Positions 56,382 through 64,000 of a DNA stretch of 64,000 nucleotides are shown one piece after another. Position 1 is the stretch's first letter. The number at the start of each line of letters is the position of its first letter. The notes below the pieces were generated by a model, which was given only the letters and a program-made list of their open reading frames with translations, was not told the origin of the DNA and ran no database searches. Location: the IMG/VR virus record IMGVR_UViG_3300044507_000046, positions 571 through 64,570 of that record, one strand, 5' to 3'. This DNA comes from a virus. A program made the translations under genes and the position numbers.

Positions 56382-57869
56382 ATGGCTGTCGCGGCAACCA
56401 ACCGAGTTAAGGTGAGTGTGGTCCGGGAAGCGACTCCGGGCACCACTCCCGCCACCCCGGCCTTCATGCCGATTGGTCCCACCCGGATCAATCTCACGGG
56501 AGCGCCGAAGACGGTGGTGAGCAATGAACTGGTGTCAGATCGGCAAGTCCCGGACCTCATTCTGGTGGGGCAGGACATTGCGGGGGACATCGGCTTCGAG
56601 CTGAGCGTGCCCAATCTCACGCTGACGGGCATGGACACCCTGCTCGAAGCAGCCCTGCTGGGGGCATGGAATCGGACCAGTGAACGGTCCAATACGCCGA
56701 CGGCCGGGCAGATCACCGCCGTGGCCGCCACCACGTACACCACCACCGCCGTCTCCCCGTCCTGGCAGCAGGATGACGTGATCCTGGCCATGGGCTTCAC
56801 CAACAGCGGCAACAACCGGGTGGTGGTGGCCGGGGCCGCGACCAGCTCCACCTCCATCGTCATGTCGGGTGGCACCGTGGAAGCGGCACCCCCGCTGACG
56901 GCACGGCTCAAGAAGATCGGCTTCCAAGCCCGCTCGGCCGCCGACGTTCAGGCCACCACGGCCGGGGGCAATGCCCTCACTGCCACCACCCTGTCCTTCC
57001 TCGTGCACAATCTGGCCATCGGCCAGTGGGTCAAGCTCGGGACGGCACTCACCTCGGATGCGACCAGCTTCGGTACGGCCGCCAACAACGGGTGGTGCCG
57101 GATCAGCGCCATTGCGGCGGGCCGTCTCTCCTTCGATGTGGTCCCGACCGGGTTTGCCACGGACGTGGCCGCCGGCAAGACCATCCGGGTGTACGTGGGG
57201 GATTACCTCCGCAACGGCACCACACAGTACGCGCATACGCTGGAGCAGCAGGAGCTGGATGTGCTCCAGTACCAGTACTTCACCGGGATGCAGGTGAACC
57301 AGATGGCCCTCACCCTGAATCCGCAGGCCATCCTCGAAGGCACCTTCAGCTTCCTCGGGATGGGGATGAACGGGCCGACGGGCTCGCGGTTCGCTGGGGC
57401 CACGGACGTCACGGACTACGCCACGGATGTGGTGAACACCAGCAGCAACATCGGCCGGGTGGCGGAGAACGGTATCAACTTCACCACGGCCAGCGCCAAC
57501 CTGGTGCTCAAGGCCGCGCTCCAGATCAACAACAACCTGCGGGCGCAGGTGGGCATCGGCCAGATTGCCGCCTATGGCATCGGGGCCGGGCGCTGCAACA
57601 TCACCGGCTCCCTGTCCACCTACTTCGGGGATGCGACGGTGCTGGCCAAGATTCTCGCCGGCACCCCGTCTTCCTTTGACTTCGTGGCCAAGGACAATGC
57701 GGGCAATTCCTTCCTCGTGGATCTGCCCAAGATCAAGTTCTCCAGCGGCACCAACCCGGCTCCGGCGGTGGATCAGGACATCGTGGTGGATGCCAATTTC
57801 CAAGCCATCAAGCATCCCACCCTCGGCTACACGATCCATATGCAGCGGTTTGAGGCCGTGAACGTCTGA
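56382..57869 (+). CDS. Major tail tube protein with an inserted accessory domain
   Basis: E.TPGTTPATP, SNEL.SDRQ, GDIGFEL, ITGSLSTYF, LP.IKF. Confidence 0.85.
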   Translation: MAVAATNRVKVSVVREATPGTTPATPAFMPIGPTRINLTGAPKTVVSNELVSDRQVPDLILVGQDIAGDIGFELSVPNLTLTGMDTLLEAALLGAWNRTSERSNTPTAGQITAVAATTYTTTAVSPSWQQDDVILAMGFTNSGNNRVVVAGAATSSTSIVMSGGTVEAAPPLTARLKKIGFQARSAADVQATTAGGNALTATTLSFLVHNLAIGQWVKLGTALTSDATSFGTAANNGWCRISAIAAGRLSFDVVPTGFATDVAAGKTIRVYVGDYLRNGTTQYAHTLEQQELDVLQYQYFTGMQVNQMALTLNPQAILEGTFSFLGMGMNGPTGSRFAGATDVTDYATDVVNTSSNIGRVAENGINFTTASANLVLKAALQINNNLRAQVGIGQIAAYGIGAGRCNITGSLSTYFGDATVLAKILAGTPSSFDFVAKDNAGNSFLVDLPKIKFSSGTNPAPAVDQDIVVDANFQAIKHPTLGYTIHMQRFEAVNV

Positions 57870-57880
57870 GGTGAAGTTCC

Positions 57881-57912
57881 CTAGCGGCCCCGCAGTGGGG
57901 CCGCTAGATTTT
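57881..57912 (+). terminator. Intrinsic terminator after the tail tube gene
   Basis: CTAGCGGCCCC-gcagt-GGGGCCGCTAG followed by ATTTT. Confidence 0.75.
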
Positions 57913-57946
57913 CCGTTATCCCTTTCCCCGTTGGATGGAGGCCGTG

Positions 57947-58402
57947 ATGAGTTCCCTCTATGACGATTATCAGCTGGATGAGAAGGCCGAGAATGATGGG
58001 CGCTGGGTGGAGTTCCGAGGGGGTGTCCAGATGAAGATTCGCTCGGACAACTCCCTCAAGGTCCGTCAATGGAACAACAAGCGGGCCCGGATCCAGCGGC
58101 AGCAGATCATCGCCCATGGCGGGATTCTGCCGGTCGAGATGGCCGACAAGAATGAAGTTGAGATGTGCGGGCAAGTGCTGGTGGTGGACTGGAAAGGGGT
58201 GACGGACCGCGCCGGGACGGCCCTGCCCTTCTCCATCGAGAATGCCACCCGGCTGATGCGAGAGCTGCCAGCACTGCGGCGGGATGTGATCTTTGCTGCG
58301 CGCTCGGAAGAAACCTTCCGGGAGGCCAGCGAGGAGTTGGGAAAAACTGCTGCGCCGTCCTCCGGGCCCACCTCCGACTCGGTGGACAAGTCGCCCAGCT
58401 GA
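57947..58402 (+). CDS. Tail assembly chaperone (gpG-like)
   Basis: DGRWVEF...VLVVDWKGV..FS.ENA..L; GGAGG RBS. Confidence 0.8.
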   Translation: MSSLYDDYQLDEKAENDGRWVEFRGGVQMKIRSDNSLKVRQWNNKRARIQRQQIIAHGGILPVEMADKNEVEMCGQVLVVDWKGVTDRAGTALPFSIENATRLMRELPALRRDVIFAARSEETFREASEELGKTAAPSSGPTSDSVDKSPS

Positions 58403-58701
58403 TGGCAGCTGCCTCGGAAGCGGGGGTGGAGCCCCCGGCTGAGGTGTTGGAGGCCAGTGACCTGTGGGATGTGTCAGTGCCCTATTGGTCGGCCTTTTGG
58501 GCCTTGGGCCCGAGCCGTCCGCTAGCGGTGGGAATGGGCGGGGCCACGTATCTGCCCATTCCCTACGGGGCCCTGAGCCAATATGCGGCCGATCATGGGC
58601 TGGCCGACACCACGGAGTTGTTGGATGAATTTGTGAGTATCATCCAGCAAATGGATGCGGTCTATTTGGCTCATCAGGCTGAGCGTGCCAAAGTGAAGTG
58701 A
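58339..58701 (+). CDS. Tail assembly chaperone extension (gpGT) reached by -1 frameshift
   Basis: Slippery G GGA AAA at 58339-58345; the -1 frame is open to 58701 (W..F..L..SR..GMG...IP...MD..YL). Confidence 0.75.
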   Translation, partial: GKNCCAVLRAHLRLGGQVAQLMAAASEAGVEPPAEVLEASDLWDVSVPYWSAFWALGPSRPLAVGMGGATYLPIPYGALSQYAADHGLADTTELLDEFVSIIQQMDAVYLAHQAERAKVK

Positions 58702-58707
58702 GGTCCC

Positions 58708-61700
58708 ATGGCTGAGGAGGGCGGATCGAGCGGGGAGCGTATCGCCAACCTTGGCGTCCGCATGGACACTTCTTCCTTGCCGGCGAGCAAGGAAGTGGCC
58801 GTCAAGAATATCAATGACATCAAACTGGCCGCCGGGGGATTGGTCTCGGCCATGGAAGCGGTGGATGCCTCGGTGGCGGTGGCCGCCAAGGCCACCGTCA
58901 GCTCTGCGCAGCAAGCGGCCGATGCCATCATGGCCTCGGATAAGATGATTGCGGACTCGGCTGCCAAGACGGCTGAATCCATCCGCATTGCCTACCTCGA
59001 CAATCAGATCCAACTGCTCCAGATGGTCAATGCCGGCATCATCACCCGGCAGCAATACCTCGACAAGATCAGCCAGCTGAACGCGGAAGCGGCCGCCAAG
59101 ACCAAGGCCTTGATGGCAGAGACGGCGGGGCCTGCCTACACCCCGGGCCAGCGGAGCGGGGCCACTGCGTTTGCGGGGCCCATTCCCGGAGTGTTGACGG
59201 AGCAGGAGACGGCGGCCGGGGCTGCCGTCTATGACCGCATGTTTGATAAGGTGACCCCGGGGCTCAAAGAGATGCAGCAGAGCATCCGGGAAGCCACCGC
59301 CGACTTCGACAAAGGCATTATCACGGCTGAGCAGTATGCCGATTCCCTCGGGGTGGTCAAGCAGCAAGCGGTCGAGCTGACGCGCGGCGTGGAAATGACC
59401 AGTGCCCAGACCAAGGAATACAAAGCGGTTTTGGCCTCGACCACCTTCAGCGCGGTGGCGATGCAGCTCGGGCAGATGAAGGATGCGGCCATGGAACTGA
59501 ATGCCCAGTTCAAGGCCGGGATCATCAGCCAGCAGGAATACAAGGCCGGGCTGGCCGCCATCAAGGTGGAAGCCCAAGCCTTGGCCCAGAAGGCCGGATC
59601 CATGAGCCAAGGGGAACTGTCCCAGCTGAATGGGGTGTTGGGAACGGTGAATGAACGGGCCCAACACGGCAGTGCCCAAGGGCTCCGCCAGATGAGCCGG
59701 TCGATGTTTGCCATGGCCCTTCAAGGGACGGAAACCAACTCGAAGCTCGGCCAACTGGCCCAAGGCATGCTGCTGTTTGGCTTTGGGTCTACCATCATGG
59801 TGGCAATTGCAGCCGGGTTGCTGGCAGCCATCAAATTGTTTGAATGGCTCAATTCGACCGAGGTGGAAGCCTCGAAGCGGCAAGAGGAGTTGACCAAGTC
59901 TCTCAAGGCCTATCAAGAGCAGCTGGACGCAGGAACGCCCAAGGAAGTAGACAACCTCAATTTCCTCCAGCAGCGCATCGACAAGCTCAAGGAAGCTAAG
60001 AAAGCCGCAGAGAATAATCCCGCAGGCCCGGCCGGGAACACTGATCCTTTTACGGTGTTCCATACCATCAGCTTGCAGGAATCGGCCCGGCTCCAAGGCG
60101 AGATCACCAAGCTGACAGAGGTGGAAGCTCTGCAGCGCCAGAAGGTCATTGAGGCCCGGGACAAGGATCAGCAGAGTGAGTTGGCCTCTTATCGCACGCT
60201 CATCAGCATCGGACAGGATACCGCCGCAGATCGGGAGCGACTGCTGGCCATTCAAGCTAAGATGAAGGAGCAGTTGGCCGAGGAGTTGACCACTCGCCAA
60301 TCTATTGCGGCCGTGGTTGCTACCACCCTCAACATCCAAGGGTTGGATGTGACACGGGACACGGAGACGCCCAAGGAGCTGGCAGACCGCGCCAAAGCCT
60401 TGGCTGATATCAAGGCCATCACCGAGGAACTGCTCAATCCCCTGAAGCAAGTCCGGGCCCAGATTGCGGGGATGGTGCTGCAGGACGACGCGACGCGCGT
60501 GGCTGCGCTCAATACCCAGATTGCCAATCTGAAGAAGGCCGCCACCGAGGCCCATTTGCCGGTGGCGGAGCTGGATGCGGCCATTGGCTCGATGCGGAAG
60601 AAGCTGGCAGATGAGCAGTACAATAAGCAGTTCCAGCTCTCGCTGCAGGGACCCGATATGCAGAATCTGGATGTGCTGGAGCAGATGGCAGGGGAGGCAT
60701 CCCGTCGCCGGCAACAGGCATCGGCCGGCAGTCAGCAAGAGACGGACGCGACCGTGCAGTTGGCTGAGGTGTCGGCCCGGATCAATGCCTTGCTGGCGCA
60801 GCGGGTAGACTTGCATAAGCAGATTGGCGCGGAGGCGGATGAAGAAGTCAACGGGCAACAAGTGGTGGTCAACTACACCACGCGCCGGATCCAATTGCTT
60901 GGGCAGCTCAACTCCTTCATGTTGACCACCCATACCCTCACCACCAAGACCAATGAGGGATTGACCACTGCCCAACAGAACACCTTGAAGTGGGCCAATG
61001 AGGTGCTCAAGGTGGCCTCCGGGCTCACGCAGATTGTTAATTCCTTTGGCGGGATTTCCCAAGGGCTCAATCAAGCTCTCACCGGGGTGATCAATCTCGG
61101 CTCCATCATCGCTAACACATTCAAAGTAGCGGCAGACGCAGGCAAGAGCTTCTTTGCCGCCCTCACCACTGGGGACTGGATCCAAGCCGCCGGGTCGGTG
61201 GTGGGGATCATTGGCAGCCTCTTTTCTCACGGCCCTTCCCAACAGGACATTGAGTCCAAGCGTATTGCTACTGACAATACCAATGCCCTGAAGAAGCTCA
61301 CCGACACCATTGGAGAGTTCGGGCTGGCCATTTCCGGCAACCAATTTGTCCGGGGGCAAGCGGGCGTGAATGCGCTGCTGGGGGCAGGCATCTATCGTCC
61401 CGGACCGCGCGGCGGGAATGCGGGGGACAAGGTCCATATGGACCAGATCAATGCGGCCTTGGCGGGGACCGGGGAATCCTATCAACAGCTGGTGGATTTG
61501 GCCAAGACATTGGGGATTACCCTCGACACCAGCAGCGTGCGCAAGTTCATGGACAGTTTGACCAAGCTCAATGAGGCCATCAAGGCTACTGAGCTGACCC
61601 GTTTCACCCAGACCTTCGCAGGCCAGATGCAGGCGCTCAATGCCTCTTTCAGTTACTTCAACATCACTGATCCAGTAAAAAAGTTGAAGCAGATGGTAGA

Positions 61701-62388
61701 GGTGTTCACTAATCTGGAGAATCTGCAGACGGTGAAGGGTGCCGACGGGAAGGACACTGTGGTCAATCTGGGGGGAGAAGGTTCCCCGGCCCTCAAGGAT
61801 GCGCTCAAGGGGTTGGACCTTTCCCTCCAGAAAGACCGGGACAAGGCCCAGCAGAATTTGGACAAGCTGTTTAAGGATTTGGTGAGTGGTAAGATCACCG
61901 CTGCGCAACTCGGGGGCCTCGATGCGCAACAGTTCTTGGATGCGTTGCAGCAGTTGAAGCAGACGCTCCGGGACGCGACCGCGCAGACCTCCGGGCAGGA
62001 TACGCGGGGCTTCGCCATTGATCGGACCATCACCGACCAGCAAGGGGACCAGATTGCTGGACTCATGCTCAGCAACAACATCATCCTTCGGTCCCACACC
62101 GACCTCCTCAACCGAGTGGCCAATGCCTCGGAAGACGGGGCAGTGGCGCTGATGGCCTTGACCAAGACAGCGGCAGTGGCCGCCTCGCCGCCAGCAGCGG
62201 CCGACGTAGTGCAAGCCACCGGGGCCCTGATCACCATTGACACCCTCACCGTTCAAGCTTCGAGCCCGGAGGCCGGAGCCGCCGCTGCTGAAGCCTTTGT
62301 GGGCAAGGTCAATGAACTCATGGGCGTCAAGGTCCGGCAGTCTCAACTGCTGATTGGGGGCAACGCGACGTTGACGAAGACCAAATGA
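58708..62388 (+). CDS. Tape measure protein
   Basis: 1226 aa helical, Ala/Gln-rich; IANLGVRMD N-terminus; follows the chaperones. Confidence 0.9.
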   Translation: MAEEGGSSGERIANLGVRMDTSSLPASKEVAVKNINDIKLAAGGLVSAMEAVDASVAVAAKATVSSAQQAADAIMASDKMIADSAAKTAESIRIAYLDNQIQLLQMVNAGIITRQQYLDKISQLNAEAAAKTKALMAETAGPAYTPGQRSGATAFAGPIPGVLTEQETAAGAAVYDRMFDKVTPGLKEMQQSIREATADFDKGIITAEQYADSLGVVKQQAVELTRGVEMTSAQTKEYKAVLASTTFSAVAMQLGQMKDAAMELNAQFKAGIISQQEYKAGLAAIKVEAQALAQKAGSMSQGELSQLNGVLGTVNERAQHGSAQGLRQMSRSMFAMALQGTETNSKLGQLAQGMLLFGFGSTIMVAIAAGLLAAIKLFEWLNSTEVEASKRQEELTKSLKAYQEQLDAGTPKEVDNLNFLQQRIDKLKEAKKAAENNPAGPAGNTDPFTVFHTISLQESARLQGEITKLTEVEALQRQKVIEARDKDQQSELASYRTLISIGQDTAADRERLLAIQAKMKEQLAEELTTRQSIAAVVATTLNIQGLDVTRDTETPKELADRAKALADIKAITEELLNPLKQVRAQIAGMVLQDDATRVAALNTQIANLKKAATEAHLPVAELDAAIGSMRKKLADEQYNKQFQLSLQGPDMQNLDVLEQMAGEASRRRQQASAGSQQETDATVQLAEVSARINALLAQRVDLHKQIGAEADEEVNGQQVVVNYTTRRIQLLGQLNSFMLTTHTLTTKTNEGLTTAQQNTLKWANEVLKVASGLTQIVNSFGGISQGLNQALTGVINLGSIIANTFKVAADAGKSFFAALTTGDWIQAAGSVVGIIGSLFSHGPSQQDIESKRIATDNTNALKKLTDTIGEFGLAISGNQFVRGQAGVNALLGAGIYRPGPRGGNAGDKVHMDQINAALAGTGESYQQLVDLAKTLGITLDTSSVRKFMDSLTKLNEAIKATELTRFTQTFAGQMQALNASFSYFNITDPVKKLKQMVEVFTNLENLQTVKGADGKDTVVNLGGEGSPALKDALKGLDLSLQKDRDKAQQNLDKLFKDLVSGKITAAQLGGLDAQQFLDALQQLKQTLRDATAQTSGQDTRGFAIDRTITDQQGDQIAGLMLSNNIILRSHTDLLNRVANASEDGAVALMALTKTAAVAASPPAAADVVQATGALITIDTLTVQASSPEAGAAAAEAFVGKVNELMGVKVRQSQLLIGGNATLTKTK

Positions 62389-63194
62389 CCGACATCCTGC
62401 TGAATCGGCTTGACCTGAGCACATTGGGGTTTCGCGCAGAGATTCCCCTTAGTGGCTGGGCCGATAGCGCCCCGGCCCGGGATGCCACGGTGCAGATTCC
62501 CGGGGCCGCCGGGGTGTTGCCCGCAGGCGCCAAGACGCTGGTGGATCCGCGCCAAGTGCTCATTGCCGGCAACATGACGGCCGCGACGCAAGCTCTGCTC
62601 CAGACCAATCTCCAACAGCTGCGGGGCCTCGCGTCGGCCGGGCTGGTGGAGTTGATCTTCGGGGATGACCCCACGAAGTTTGCGATGGCCCGGTCCCAAG
62701 GGGTCCAAGTCTCTCCGGAGCAGGGCGCTCCTCCCTTCATCATCCCCCAACGCCATGTGGAGATGCGGTTCATTTGCTATGACCCATATCTCTATGACCT
62801 CTCCGACCGGGTGGTGGCCCAGCAGCAAGCTGGCACCTTTGTCGCGGTGCCGCTCGGCACCGCGCCCGTGCGCCCGCTCATCCGGGTGCACGCGCCCGGG
62901 GCCTCGCTGACGTTGACATTGGCCTCGTGGGCCGGCATCACCCTCACCACCATGGTCTTTGCCTTCAGCCCGTCGCTCGGGGCCAATGACTATGTGGATA
63001 TCAATTGTGATACCTTCCAGATCACCAAGTCCGTCTCCGGAGTGGTGGCGGATGCCTATGCCAGCTTCACCAGCGGCACTTTCCTCACCCTTGACCCGGA
63101 ACAGGGCGGCATCCTTGCCTCGCTGACGCAGGGACCGCTGCTCAAGGCGTCGGCGGGAGTGATGGAAGTGTTCTACGTGCGGGCGTGGCGCTAG
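62385..63194 (+). CDS. Distal tail protein (Dit-like)
   Basis: Follows the TMP; RFICYDPYLY and GTAPVRPLI motifs. Confidence 0.78.
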   Translation: MTDILLNRLDLSTLGFRAEIPLSGWADSAPARDATVQIPGAAGVLPAGAKTLVDPRQVLIAGNMTAATQALLQTNLQQLRGLASAGLVELIFGDDPTKFAMARSQGVQVSPEQGAPPFIIPQRHVEMRFICYDPYLYDLSDRVVAQQQAGTFVAVPLGTAPVRPLIRVHAPGASLTLTLASWAGITLTTMVFAFSPSLGANDYVDINCDTFQITKSVSGVVADAYASFTSGTFLTLDPEQGGILASLTQGPLLKASAGVMEVFYVRAWR

Positions 63195-64000
63195 ATGCCG
63201 GCCGCCCCTCGGCTGGCGGATCGCACGTCGCAATGCCTGCTGAACTGGGATGCGCGTGACTGCACCCTAATCCCCCAGACCAAGCAGCCCCTCACCTTCA
63301 CCCGGGCCTCCGGGGATGCGTGGGCCATTGACGCGCAAGGCATGTTGCGGCGGGTGGCCCATAGCGCCCCGCGCTTTGAGATGGCCGACTTGGACGGGGA
63401 TGGGATTCGAGAAACGGCGGGCCTGCTGATGGAGGCATCCCGCACCAATCTTCTCACCTACTCCAACGATCTGACGCAGGCGGCGTGGACCAAGAACAAT
63501 GCCACCGCCAGCGTGGTGACCAACCCCGCCGCGCCGGATGGTGGGGCCTGTTCCTTCTTGAAGGAAGACAACACCACCAATACGCACTACGTCTTTGCCA
63601 GCGGGACCATCACCTCCGGCAACTACTTCTGTGTGCAGGCATTTGTGAAGGCCGGCACGCGGACGCGCGGCCGGATCACCGGCTGTGGTGCGGCGGGCGT
63701 GGATTCCTTCTTCATGGACTTCAACCTGTCCACATTGGCCTTCACCGGCAGCACCACCGGCGCAGGCGTGTTGAATGATCGGGGCCTCGAAGTCGTCGGC
63801 GGCGGATGGTACCGGGTCTGGGTCAGTGGACTTAGCTCCACCACGTCCGCGCTCGGCCTGCTGTTGCTGGCAGACGGCACCGGGGCGACCAGCTATCTGG
63901 GCGACAATGCCAGCGGGATGTACTGGTGGGGCGCCAACGTCCAGCAGTTCACCAACCTTGGCGCCCGGATCATGTCGCCCATCATCACCACCGGGGCCTC
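63195..64000 (+). CDS. Fibre/spike protein, 3'-truncated by the window edge
   Basis: ATG directly after the Dit stop; frame open to the end; TFTRAS...APRF...GLLMEASRTNLLTYSND fibre motif. Confidence 0.75.
   Translation, partial: MPAAPRLADRTSQCLLNWDARDCTLIPQTKQPLTFTRASGDAWAIDAQGMLRRVAHSAPRFEMADLDGDGIRETAGLLMEASRTNLLTYSNDLTQAAWTKNNATASVVTNPAAPDGGACSFLKEDNTTNTHYVFASGTITSGNYFCVQAFVKAGTRTRGRITGCGAAGVDSFFMDFNLSTLAFTGSTTGAGVLNDRGLEVVGGGWYRVWVSGLSSTTSALGLLLLADGTGATSYLGDNASGMYWWGANVQQFTNLGARIMSPIITTGA

Noticed and set aside
58522..62424. 1300-aa minus-strand ORF
   Set aside because: Antisense shadow of the tape measure gene, expected from GC-rich codon bias; no motifs
1..64000. Integrase, repressor/lysogeny module, tRNAs, introns or inteins
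   Set aside because: No recombinase motifs, divergent promoter pair or cloverleaf seen; DnaE, TerL and the helicases appear uninterrupted. A short part of the genome lies outside the window.

Overview
The window is almost the whole genome of a GC-rich, long-tailed (siphovirus-type) dsDNA phage, apparently circularly permuted: it starts inside the tail-tip genes and ends in the gene after the distal tail protein. All credible genes lie on the + strand. I saw no integrase, repressor cassette, tRNA or CRISPR array. Gene order: tail tip (1-4115); lysis (4173-7188); an accessory structural cassette with a 16-repeat Trp/acidic protein (7592-13619); replication (SNF2 helicase, primase, UvrD helicase; 14108-20841); a putative nucleotide-modification operon (flavoprotein, divergent ThyX, HAD phosphatase, small helical protein, SDR; 21539-24738); DEDDh exonuclease, DnaE-type polymerase and a nuclease (24740-28772); about 25 small early-type genes (28884-38094); an iteron-like non-coding region (38100-38345); terminase; head; tail. 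The most striking system is in the head module. Seven genes around the portal and MuF genes share an 'F/Y-x3-4-HPR...G-x-F-x-x-K' peptide, usually just after a K-[A/S/T] site like those in the scaffold. Their payloads are three R-S-ExE ADP-ribosyltransferases and a kinase-like/Nudix fusion, which suggests a capsid-packaged, protease-matured effector set. The second candidate is the ThyX-centred operon, whose catalytic motifs are altered and which may make a non-canonical DNA base. All assignments are by-eye motif recognition; no searches or counts were run.
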